In this document: one piece after another, positions 24,292-36,812 of the stretch
How the letters are laid out: every line of letters starts with the position of its first letter
Position numbering within the stretch: position 1 is the stretch's first letter
DNA from: Nemertoderma westbladi
Taxonomy: Eukaryota > Animalia > Xenacoelomorpha
DNA: 64,000 nucleotides
Reading direction: 5' to 3'
Assembly: GCA_032718475.1 (NCBI GenBank)
Contig: JAUCBJ010007712.1
Location: 1-64,000, forward strand
Notes under the pieces: generated by a model
Told to the model about the DNA's origin: nothing
What the model saw: only the letters and a program-made list of their open reading frames with translations
Databases searched by the model: none
Translations under genes and position numbers: made by a program

Positions 24292-26355
24292 CTTCCTTTC
24301 AAGACACTGTCCAAGTCTAATTTTGTTTGTACAGTTGAATGCCTACTGCTATATTACAGCTAAAGCAAGTCTAGTAATTCAGTAAGACTGTTGGCCTAGT
24401 ACCGGCAATTAACTACAATATATTAGGATACCGGTATACACTTATAGTATATATAAGTATTGCGGGCTAGGTTTGTTACAGAGTACCGGTATATAATTTC
24501 AGTACAAATATATACAAATATATATTAAGCCTATTATAGATACCGGTATATCAATTATTTAGGATAGTTGAATTTCTGAAATTATAAGGTTACTTAGTTA
24601 CTTGAGTTTACTCTATTACCGTTATTCAAGCAGTAGTCCAACTGATATTGAGACCTAATTGTTGTATGATAGGCCTACTGGTTTATAAATCTTTTGAGTT
24701 GATTTATAATATATATATACCCTGATAAGGGGTTTGTTACAAGATTGAAATAGGTGTTACTATTTCTGGGAAATATCACTACACAGAAGCTGTGCGCTTT
24801 CAGTGAAGTGCTACTTAGTGGACACTAAAACGAATAATTCTACTGGCCTAAGTTACTTATCTACTAATTACGTAATATATGGTTGAGATTACAATCTCTA
24901 ATAAACACACAAAACGGTACGTACAGATTTTTAGGGCAATTTTACAGGGAAACTACTAACCAGTCTAACAAAGGGTTAGAACTTCTGGCTATTACAACGA
25001 ACAGGATACTACGGTATTTGAAAATAATAAGTAGAAGTAAATACTGCGTTGTCTAGATAGGAAAGTACCACCGCCTGACGACCTACAGCCGTATCGCTAT
25101 AGGTACAACGTTATGTATCTACGGAGTGTTCCTACCTAGAAGTTAATTACCGCCGTCTACCAGAACGAGCGTGCCTATTAACCACTTTACAACACAATAA
25201 TGCCTACACTAATTACTTTCGGAAAGCACTGTACACTAAACCCTAAATTAGGTACAGGTACTTGTAAAAACAGATAACCAGTAGTTAAATATACTTGAAC
25301 AGTTAAAAGAACCACAGCATCTGCTGGAGTGACCGGGGCACTGAGTCACCAGTCTTTACCTACGCCAAGCAGCCCGTGTAGTACTGGGGTTAATTTAACT
25401 ATAACGGTATGTATAACAAACACAATTACTGTAGGAATAAACTTGGGGTCATGAATGTTGCGAGTAATCGCATAAACTCTGAATAATAAATATTACGCTA
25501 CCCGTACAGAATACTCAAATAAAATACAAACCGGATGCTGACAAACTACCATTAAGCCTAAATAAACCACAGGATGTGCAGATTCCGAAACTTGTTAGTG
25601 AGTATGCGTGCTAATACGGTAGCGCGGCTTATTCTTTACAGGGGGTTGACCTTACAACTTACGAGTTGCCCCAACTTACTAACTGGCACCTATCAGACTC
25701 TCTACACACGCGGCAATCTCTTCAGACCCAACAACAGCTAGGCAACAATCCAGCCTACAAAATATCTAAATAATACTATTACGGTATCTGAACGGACTAT
25801 ACAGACAGTACAGTATAAACGCTGACGGACTACTATCAAGCCTAAATAACCACAGTATATGCAGATTCCGAAACTTGTTAGTGAGTATGCGTGCTAATAA
25901 GGTAGCGCGGCTTATTCTTTATGGGGGTTGACCTTACAACTTACGAGTTGCCCCAACTTACTAACTGGCACCTATCAGACTCTCTACACACGCTGTAATC
26001 TTCAAGCCTAACAACAGTCAGACAACAGTCCAGCCTACAATGATCTGAACAATCTGAGCAGACTTACACGTCTTCAGCTCAATATTAACTTACTAGGAAA
26101 TAAAACTGACAGAAATAAACCTAAGTAAAATCCCAATAAAAACCAGGCGTCCCCGATTTAGTATCAAGACCTACCGGTATACAATAATCAAAATCGAATA
26201 ATACTAATGTACTTGCACAGCAGTACCGGTTATGACAGTTGGGCCTACGGACCTACGGTAGTAGTACCGGTTATGACAGTTGGGCCTACTGACCTACTGG
26301 AGTGCCGGTATTTTCAATCTTATTGCTTACCGCAAATAAGATCGATAGCTATTAT

Positions 26356-27632
26356 TGTACGCGCTTTTATAGACCTTCAGCAGTTTAACCTGCCGAAATT
26401 TATATGTCTTTATTGATAAACTGCCTTTTATAAGATGACAAGATTTAATACAAAAACAAACCAAAAACATTAGCCGAAGCCAGTCCATGCGCGTCCAAAT
26501 GACCCGTTTATAACACCGGGAGACTGGATTCGTGGGCTTAAATTTATTTGCGGTCAAGCCTACTGTATTATTCGATTGATTACTAATATATAATCTCTGA
26601 CAAATATTATTCACTTTCGGGAAATATTAGCAGTTCCTTTTAGGACGCGGCGCTCTACCTATGTAAACAGAGTTATGACTGATACTACACACAACGATAT
26701 GGCTTAAATTTCAAGCATAGGGCGCATTCTTTAGGAATGCTTTATTATCAGATCCAATCACTTTACAATCACGCACGCTACCGGTAACGCACAACACTGC
26801 TCACTGATATGCCGACAGTTACTGACTTTGATCAGGTATAAAGAGATATGCACTGGACTCAGGTAGTGTCTGTCAAACAACATTAGATTCACTACAAACA
26901 CAATAATAAAGTCGCAATTGTTGTACATAACCTTTCTCTCTAACCTGTAGTGTATCAAAGATATTGGGAAAATGTGGGTTGATTATTGATATTCTTCAAC
27001 TAATAACATCCAATTATACTGATACAAATTACAAACAGTAAAAGCAGTATGACGGTAGGTTAAGATATAATTAGATTGCATTGAATTAAGATCGATATAA
27101 AGTGATATGAATCGAGTTGATTTGTTAATAGCGATAATAGCTATGCTTTCTATAATTTAGCCTACTAATGTTCTTACAAAAGGGCAGAAACATTGCGTCA
27201 TTCCAGCCGATCTTCAGGCAGTATGGAACGACATAAACACTGAGTTTGGGAGCTGCTGTAGGTATCTCTTCAAGGAAAACGCAAATCACCCTGATTGGTT
27301 GTTAGACCAAAACAAAGGAACCAGGAGTCCAATGAGAGCTCCCTCCACGTCATCATCCAGCTGGGAGATGTCGTAATCAGAATCCTTCCCTTGACATAGT
27401 GACAGTGAAATGCCGCATTGCGGGTTATGTACCCTGCTACGTCCGCATAAAGCACACATTCAGAAGAATCTATTTTATGTCCGTTAAAAACACTTATACA
27501 GCACCCCGAGGGCTAGGGGATCCAATTATATCTGTAAACGCTTTTACAGCAGGTTTCAGAGTATTTCAGCGTATGGGGGAAAAACTGGATCGCGGGGCGA
27601 AGGACCAGTTGCATCCCACAGAAGCTTTTACA
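26356..27632 (-). repeat. 5' LTR of the BEL element
   Basis: Copy of 16606-17882; followed by TSD GGTAT; minus-strand AATAAA candidates at ~26409, ~26543 and ~26741. Confidence 0.95.
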
Positions 27633-27742
27633 GGTATACCAGACTGCCTGAGCCTGATGCCACTTTTTTTTAACACATATAGGCCTACTGATATAGGCCT
27701 ATCAGCCTCCTATAGCAGTATAGATACATATATATATATATA

Positions 27743-28613
27743 CGCATCGCATATAAAATTATCTTACTAACTTTCAAAGCCCTCCATACAGCCATAACCG
27801 AGCGCCGGTCTACATAACGGATATGATCACGCTGCAGCACCACGAGCACCACCCTACGCGTAGTACCGCTGCCCCCACACTCGTCGTACCGCGCACCAAA
27901 TGCTCCACTTCTGGCGGTTCTCCGCCTCCCCGACACTATCAGCTATGGAACCAACCAGCCAACTGCCTGCCGAACTTAGAAACGTCAGCGAGATCGAACT
28001 GTTTAAAACTAAATTAAAAACCCATCTTTTTAGATCCGCCTACCATTAAATATCACATACTTTTTAAATTTTATTACAGTATGACAGTATGATCATTTGT
28101 ATTACCGGTACTTTATTATTTTTATCGTACATTTTAACTATACTAGACACCGTTTAACATTGACTCTATATTTTATATCATATATGTTCCGAACTGAACT
28201 TGACGTATTTTATTAATATGTAATATGTGCTTGTCAGTTGTCATTTCATAATTTTATTTTACACCTTATGTTTTTTGAGTTTGGTACACCTTATGATACA
28301 ACTGTATGTCTGTCCTGTATATCCTCTATATTTTTAAGCCCTAAGTAATACCTTTTAATATGCATATTTTTTAACCTACTTATAATTTTACTTATTTTGT
28401 AGGCCCTATAACTTAACTATAGGCCTAGTTATATATTACTACTTGTACTAAATTTACTTACTTATTTAATATGTTCCGATTTTACGCACCACACATTGTA
28501 TCTAGGCCTATACCGGTTTGTCTCGAGCTCTTGCAAATCTCAGCGCCTTAGAGTACGCCACAATTGTAATTTTGGCGCTTTACAAATATATTTATTATTA
28601 TTATTATTATTAT
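27743..28613 (+). mobile_element. 5'-truncated L2-clade LINE (ORF2 C-terminus, 3' UTR and (TTA)n tail)
   Basis: Frameshifted RIAYKIILLTFKALH...APVYITDMI...LVVPRT...LWNQ.LPAELRN...FKTKLKTHLFRSAY*; L2-like 3' end CAGCGCCTTAGAG...GGCGCTTTACAAAT...(TTA)n. Confidence 0.8.
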
Positions 28614-28967
28614 AGGCTGCTAGTGTATTGTATCTTTGTATCTGTGTATAGATCTGTAGATGAAGCGATGGAATTTCGGATAATATTTTGCCATTGACTT
28701 TTACGGCTATAATTTGGCTAGCCTACCGTTATTAATATTGGTCTGAATTCTGATGTCTATTCTGTTACCGGTACTGTATTACCGACAGACCCGTACACTG
28801 TATTACCGGTTCTGTACTGCCTGATCTGCTGATGGTAGATTAGCCGGTTGAATATTGACTGATTGATAAGTTTCTAGTACTGTCTGACTGTAGTATGTAA
28901 TAGTCTGTCTGTCACTGTCCGGACTGTACTACCGTATCTAAACATTACTGAGAAATCAGGTACCTGA

Positions 28968-29246
<279 letters not shown>

Positions 29247-29850
29247 TAAGTTTTCTATATACCGGTGGTTTTTGGTTGTTAGTTAATTTATATTGCTCTT
29301 GTGTTTTTTTCAGTGTTTTAGTTTCATAGATTAATTAATTACACAATTTAGCAGTGATATTAAAATAACAATATATATATATATATATAATTGTTTTATA
29401 TACTAAATTGCCTAATATTCTATATACAAAAGAACAACGGACAGACGGAATAGAAATATCTTAAAGCACATTATGAATCTTTTATTCTACCTGCTATAAC
29501 TATTTACAAACTTGTGTGTAAAGTAGCACTTTACAGATTACAGTGTGATGATCCGAGTGGCTTTGTTACACGAACGAACGTTAGTGAGTGAGTGAGTGAG
29601 TGAAAATAAAGCCACGAGGATAAGAACACTGTAAAGTACTTTGCAACAAGTGTATGTATGTAGTTTTATTCCAAAATTTTAACATTACGAAATGATTGTG
29701 TTAGATATTATAAGTGATGGAAACTGCACAAATTAAATTAGTTTTGCTGTATAAATAAATGAAAAAATGACATAAATTATGTTATAAATAAGTTAGCTTA
29801 TATTTATGGTGGCGTGTGGAGCCATGTTATAATAATAGGCCTATAGCTAG

Positions 29851-30158
29851 GCCCGACTGGTTATCCATAGCTATACCGCGCCTACCGGTAGGTAATGCAG
29901 TAGGCCTATCTGTCTGTCAAGCAAATACCACCTATTATTTACGTGGTAACCAATGACGGCGTTAAGTAATGTCCACTAAGGGGACATTACTTAACGGATA
30001 ACACGCCCGACTGGTTATCCATAGCTATACCGCGCCTACCGGTAGGTAATGCAGTAGGCCTATCTGTCTGTCAAGCAAATACCACCTATTATTTACGTGG
30101 TAACCAATGACGGCGTTAAGTAATGTCCACTAAGGGGACATTACTTAACGGATAACAC
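29851..30158 (+). repeat. Exact 154-bp tandem duplication within the PHAF1 intron
   Basis: GCCCGACTGG...GGATAACAC at 29851-30004 and 30005-30158. Confidence 0.9.
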
Positions 30159-30786
30159 CAAATACAATACTAAATGTACAGGCCAATACAATGCTGTAAT
30201 ATCCTCAAAAGTTGTAATGTGCTAAATAACAACTCGCTGTTAATACTAACGGCGTTGAGTAATGTTACAATTTTGGAATAAATGATATTTATGTGTCTGT
30301 TACTGTGTCTGTGTACTAAATACTAATGTTTACTTTCATATCAGCAGATACGTACATAATTATTACAGTTCATACCATACCATACATGTTCAGATGTTTT
30401 GTGCATGTGTGTCTCATATGTGACAACTTGACAAGTGTGTGTCATTAACACTTATGTTTCGTTTCCTTTAATGTAAAATAATATTTCAGTACTCTGACAC
30501 ATTCCATTCTAATGGGAATAACTTAGTTATCCAGCCTAGCTGGTAGGGTGCTTTGGGGACGGAACAACGTAAACTATTACAGTGTATTACTACAATTCGA
30601 TAACGTCTTCTGAATTTCTTTGATAAATTTCGGAAGTTCTTTTTTTTACAAGTTATAATACAGTTACGTTATTGTTGTGTGTACAACAACTATGGGAACA
30701 ACGATAAGTAAGTCACCGTAAGATTACGTTCTCCCATATTGTATGTATACGGCTTGTAAAACACATTATTATTATTGTTCATATAG

Positions 30787-31810
30787 GATGGTGTTTGATT
30801 GTGTCATTCAGCGACTTAAGATTCTCGAAGTTTACAATATGAAGGAAGTTAAACTAAAATACTGCGGGAAATACTTTAACTCAGAGCAGGTTTCCCCAAC
30901 CATCGACCAGATCGACCACTCTTTCGGGGCCACCCATCCCGGCATCTACGACTCCACGCATCATCTCTTCACCCTCAACTTCCGCGGGTTGTCTTTCTCC
31001 TTCCCTATACAATCCCACTTCGAGCCGCACTACGTACAAGGACTCGGTTCGATAAAGTTCCCCAACGGTTCGTCGCCCAGTGTGAACCGGATGCGGATCT
31101 ACAGCGGCAACTCGGCGAGCGACACAGTCCCACCGCCGCTCCCGTTCAACTGCTTCCTCGGGCTCACCTACACAGAGGAGGCCCGAGTCCTAGTGGATGG
31201 TGATTCCATTACCGGCATCAGTTTGGTGCTCATCAAGGAGCTATCGTCGCCTCTCCTCCGAACTAAAGATAAACTCCAGTCGGTTCGACGCGACGTAAAG
31301 TTCGGCGACCATTGTCAGGATATAGTTAGTGCCTTGGGGGCGCCGCAGAGGATCTTCTACAAGTCGGAAGATAAAATGAGAATCCACGTGCCATCCTCGC
31401 GGCGAAACAGTTGCAAAAAGTCGCCGTCGGATTTCATTTATAATTATTTTGCTTTGGGAATCGACGTTTTGTTTGACGGGGTTTCGTTGGAAGCCGTTAA
31501 GTTTATTCTGCACACCAACTTCCCGGGTCATTATAACTTCGATATTTACTACCGGTGTTTGTTTAGCGTCGCGTGCGGCGGTTCCGACGGCGTGGTGAAC
31601 GTGACCGCGTTGAGTCGCTGGGACGAGGTGCAGCGGTTGGGGTTGACCACCTCGAATAGACCCGTCGTACTCAATCGGGCCTCGTCTACCAACACATCGA
31701 ACCCCTTCGGCTCGACTTTCTGCTACGGATTCAAACAAATGATATTCGAGGTGATGCCGAATAACCACATTGCCTCTTTAACTATCTATAAGTCTCGCAA
31801 CGAAACTTAA
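30787..31810 (+). CDS. PHAF1: PHAF1/C16orf70 coding exon 2; spliced CDS 1221 nt, 406 aa
   Basis: Acceptor TTGTTCATATAG|G restores the frame (GIR-MVFD..QRLK); conserved PTIDQIDHSFGATHPG, FYKSEDKMRIH, KFILHTNFPGHYNF..Y.RC, PVVLNRASSTNTSNPFGSTFCYG, IFEVMPNNHIASLTIY. Confidence 0.95.
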
Positions 31811-32341
31811 TGCAGCAAACATTCCCTTCTCGCGTCTTGTTGTGACGGTAAATTTTCTTACGCTGCTGTAAGCTTTTGCGTTTCTGGCACTTGCGGGAAT
31901 TATTTTTCTCTCAGTTGTTTTGTATTATACAGGACGGTGCAGAGATACACTTGCCTTGTTGAGTGAACGTTCTGCTAAGAGTTTTATTAGTTCAATTTCC
32001 AACGGACATGGACTATAATTTGACCCGCTAATAATACGGTACTGGCTATTTTGGCTATATTTAATTAAATATTACATTTTGTGCATTAATTATTGTTTGT
32101 ATATAATACGGAACAGCTTTATATTTGATTAAGTAAATTATATTATTGTATCTCACGTTTCCTCCTTGAAATATTGCAATAACATTTTAATTAAACTGAT
32201 AACATACCGATTAATGTGTTTGGTTTATATTAATTGTATTACTTTTTGTGTTTTATGAATATCTACCGGATTTTCATCTCTTTTTATGTTTGTAATTAAT
32301 TATTGTTATAAATAATGTAAATTTCCAAACCCAAATGTTTG

Positions 32342-34900
32342 CCGAAATCCAGCCCATTGGTGTCTGGGTTACAACGAAATCCCGCCCATTGGTGTCTGGG
32401 TTACAACGAAATCCCGCCCATTGGTGTCTGGGTTACAACGAAATCCCGCCCATTGGTGTCTGGGTTACATCGAAATCCCGCCCATTGGTGTCTGGGTTAC
32501 AACGAAATCCCGCCCATTGGTGTCTGGGTTACAACGAAATCCCGCCCATTGGTGTCTGGGTTACATCGAAATCCCGCCCATTGGTGTCTGGGTTACAACG
32601 AAATCCCGCCCATTGGTGTCTGGGTTGCAGCGAAATCCCGCCCATTGGTGTCTGGGTTACATCGAAATCCCGCCCATTGGTGTCTGGGTTACATCGAAAT
32701 CCCGCCCATTGGTGTCTGGGTTACAACGAAATCCCGCCCATTGGTGTCTGGGTTACATCGAAATCCCGCCCATTGGTGTCTGGGTTGCAACGAAATCCCG
32801 CCCATTGGGCTCTGAGTTGCCGGGAAATCCCGCCCATTGGTGTCTGGGTTACAACGAAATCCCGTCCATTGGTGTCTGGGTTACATCGAAATCCCGCCCA
32901 TTGGTGTCTGGGTTGCAACGAAATCCCGCCCATTGCTGTCTGGGTTACAACGAAATCCCGCCCATTGGTGTCTGGGTTACAACGAAATCCCGCCCATTGG
33001 TGTCTGGGTTACAACGAAATCCCGCCCATTGGTGTCTGGGTTACAACGAAATCGCGCCCATTGGTGTCAGGGTTGCAACGAAATCCCGCCCATTGGTGTC
33101 TGGGTTGCCGGGAAATCCTGCCCATTGCTGTCTGGGTTACAACGAAATCCCGCCCATTGGTGTCTGGGTTACAACGAAATCCCGCCCATTGGGGTCTGGG
33201 TTGCCGGGAAATCCCGCCCATTGGTGTCTGGGTTGCAAGGAAATCCCGCCCATTGGTGTCTGGGTTACAACGAAATCCCGCCCATTGGTGTCTGGGTTAC
33301 AACGAAATCCCGCCCATTGGTGTCTGGGTTACAACGAAATCCCGCCCATTGGGGTCTGGGTTGCCGGGAAATCCTGCCCATTGCTGTCTGGGTTACAACG
33401 AAATCCCGCCCATTGGTGTCTGGGTTACAACGAAATCCCGCCCATTGGTGTCTGGGTTACAACGAAATCCCGCCCATTGGTGTCTGGGTTACAACGAAAT
33501 CCCGCCCATTGGGGTCTGGGTTGCCGGGAAATCCTGCCCATTGCTGTCTGGGTTACAACGAAATCCCGCCCATTGGTGTCTGGGTTACAACGAAATCCCG
33601 CCCATTGGGGTCTGGGTTGCCGGGAAATCCCGCCCATTGGTGTCTGGGTTGCAAGGAAATCCCGCCCATTGGTGTCTGGGTTACAACGAAATCCCGCCCA
33701 TTGGTCTCTGGGTTACAACGAAATCCCGCCCATTGGTGTCTGGGTTGCAACGAAATCCCGCCCATTGGGGTCTGGGTTGTCGGGAAATCCCGCCCATTGA
33801 TGTCTGGGTTGCAACGAAATCCCGCCCATTAGTGTATGGGTTACAACGAAATCCCGCCCATTGGGGTCTGGGTTGCCGGGAAATCCCGCCCATTGGTGTC
33901 TGGGTTACAACGAAATCTCGCCCATTGGGGTCTGGGTTGCCGGGAAATCCCGCCCATTGGTGTCTGGGTTACAACGAAAACCCGCCCATTGGTGTCTGGG
34001 TTACATCGAAATCCCGCCCATTGGTGTCTGGGTTACAACGACATCCCGCCCATTGGTGTCTGGGTTGCCGGGAAGTCCCGCCCATTGGGGTCTGGGTTGC
34101 CGGGAAATCCCGCCCATTGGTGTCTGGGTTGCAACGAAATCCCGCCCATTGGTGTCTGGGTTACAACGAAATCCCGCCCATTGGTGTCTGGGTTGCAACG
34201 AAATCCCGCCCATTAGTGTCTGGGTTGCAACGAAATCCCGCCCATTGGTGTCTGGGTTACAACGAAATCCCGCCCATTGGTGTCTGGGTTGCAACGAATT
34301 CCCGCCCATTGGGGTCTGGGTTGCCGGGAAATCCCGCCCATTGGGTTCTGGGTTACAACGAAATCCCGCCCATTGGTGTCTGGGTTGCAACGAAATCCCG
34401 CCCATTGGTGTCTGGGTTGCAACGAAATCCCGCCCATTGGTGTCTGGGTTACAACGAAATCCCGCCCATTGGTGTCTGGGTTGCAACGAAATCTCGCCCA
34501 TTGGTGTCTGGGTTACAACGAAATCCAGCCCATTGGTGTCTTGGTTACAACAAAATCCCGCCCATTGGTGTCTGGGTTGCAACGAAATCCCGCCCATTGG
34601 TGTCTGGGTTGCAACGAAATCCAGCCCATTGGTGTCTGGGTTACAACAAAATCCCGCCCATTGGTGTCTGGGTTGGAACGAAATCCCGCCCATTGGTGTC
34701 TGGGTTACAACGAAATCCCGCCCATTGGTGTCTGGGTTGCAACGAAATCCCGCCCATTGGTGTCTGGGTTACAACGAAATCCCGCCCATTGGTGTCTGGG
34801 TTGGAACGAAATCCCGCCCATTGGTGTCTGGGTTACAACGAAATCCCGCCCATTGGTGTCTGGGTTGCAACGAAATCCCGCCCATTGGTGTCTGGGTTGC
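32342..34900 (+). repeat. 32-bp minisatellite, about 80 units, consensus CGAAATCCCGCCCATTGGTGTCTGGGTTACAA
   Basis: Strict 32-bp period with substitutions only; produces long spurious ORFs in three frames. Confidence 0.97.
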
Positions 34901-36159
34901 CATTATTGCTTCTCAACTTTTGAAGTTGTTTTTTCTTGATGCTACATGATTTTTTTATTCTTGTTTCTTATTTATATAATGTGTTCGTACAAAATGTTTA
35001 ATGTGCGCTGGGCTGGTTAAAATACAGTAATTGTTATCTTGGTGGTTAACCAATTTGTTTCAGTCCTAAATTTTTTCGTCTGCTTAAATTGCTTGCGGAC
35101 GTTTTAAAATCACGTTTGTTTTAATTAAATTAAATGCTTACGTACTGCCATTTTATGTGTCTAACAATAATTGATTTATAAAGAATTTCCTCGCCACGAG
35201 ACACCGCCACACATTGTAACCTTATTTTTATAAAGACCATGAATATTTTGGATTGTCAAGTAGGTTTGATGTTAGTTACCCGTACAGGTAAATATTTCTA
35301 GTACAAATTCCCAAAATGATGGTATGTTCTCTACTTCTGTATATTTATATGTATTATTTGTATATAACTTTCACTGGTTTTGTCATAATGAGTAACGTTG
35401 CCTTTCTCATGCAAATCTATTTTAATTTTGAAATAGCCTTTTTATAAAATAAATTTAATTTAATCAACTCGAAAAGTGACTATGTCTAAGTTGTTAACTG
35501 GTAGATGGTCTCAGGTTTAATTAATAACGCCACAGCCACAGCCACAGCCACAGCCCGCTCTATAAATATAAATATCAGTTATTTATGGGATTGATATTAA
35601 CAGGGTGCGGTACTCTTTATCATATCTAAACGTTTGTCCGGATTATCAATTCGCTCTTTATTTTCTAAATTTGTGTTGCTGCAGAAAGAACAAAGCGCTA
35701 TCTTTTATATAATATTATATATTGTTAGTGGTGGACTCATATATTTATAATCATTCTTTTGGCAACTGAACTTGTGTTTTGTCGTATATAATTTTACTAT
35801 TTATTATTAAAGTTTCAAGTTGCCGTTGTAAATCTCTTACTTTGCTCTTATGTGTGACATTAATTAATTGTTACTGTTAGCCTTGTTAGATTCAATATTA
35901 ATTTTATTTATTTATTTACTAGTATATGCAGATGTGTTGTAGGTATATTTTGGTGCTTTTGTATTTTGATTAAAGTCAGTGATCGTCATTAAGCTACGAC
36001 CTTTTCAGTTACTCATTTGTCTATCCCAGACCATAGCAAAGTTGAAAATCTTTCAGATGCTAAAACCCGCAGTCCCAAACCACATAAAAGTTTAAATATA
36101 TTAGAGATAAAAAAAACCCACCCCCAACCCAGGCCCGGGTTTGGGTAGGGGGAGGGAAG

Positions 36160-36812
36160 GAGGCAAAATCCAAACACCCAGGGCCGCCGAGAGGGGATGG
36201 GGCAAAATCCCCACACCCAGGGCCGCCGAGAGGGGATGGGGCAAAATCCCCACACCCAGGGCCGCCGAGAGGGGATGGGGCAAAATCCCCACACCCAGGG
36301 CCTCCGAGAGGGGATGGGGCAAAATCCCCACACCCAGGGCCGCCGAGAGGGGATGGGGCAAAATCCCCACACCCAGGGCCGCCGAGAGGGGATGGGGGGG
36401 GGCAAAATCCCCACACCCTGGGCCGCCAAGAGGGGATGGGGCAAAATCCCCACACCCTGGGCCGTCGAGAGGGATGTGGCAAAATCCCCACACCCAGGGC
36501 CGCCGAGAGGGGATGGGGCAAAATCCCCACACCCTGGGCCGCCGAGAGGGGATGGGGCAAAATCCCCACACCCTGGGCCGTCGAGAGGGATGTGGCAAAA
36601 TCCCCACACCCAGGGCCGCCGAGAGGGGATGGGGCAAAATCCCCACACCCTGGGCCGCCGAGAGGGGATGGGGCAAAATCCCCACACCCAGGGCCGCCGA
36701 GAGGGGATGGGGCAAAATCCCCACACCCAGGGCCGCCGAGAGGGGATGGGGCAAAATCCCCACACCCAGGGCCGCCGAGAGGGGATGGGGAAAAATCCCC
36801 ACACCCAGGGCC
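36160..36812 (+). repeat. 39-bp GC-rich minisatellite, about 16-17 units, consensus GGGGCAAAATCCCCACACCCAGGGCCGCCGAGAGGGGAT
   Basis: Direct tandem periodicity; right flank TTAGGGGTTAGGGTTAAG. Confidence 0.95.

Larger units (their letters stand above)
16606..27632 (-). mobile_element. BEL/Pao-family LTR retrotransposon, non-autonomous, recent insertion (11,027 bp)
   Basis: Two 1277-bp TG...CA LTRs, 5-bp TSD GGTAT (16601-16605, 27633-27637), BEL-type gag/protease ORF, short PPT GGGAGCGG next to the 3' LTR. Confidence 0.95.

Noticed and set aside
23528-24385. 285-aa plus-strand ORF and other plus ORFs over gag
   Set aside because: Antisense shadow of the gag frame
32335-34949. 862-aa and other long ORFs over the 32-bp array
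   Set aside because: The same peptide appears in all three frames because the 32-bp unit lacks stops; no unique coding flanks or splice context
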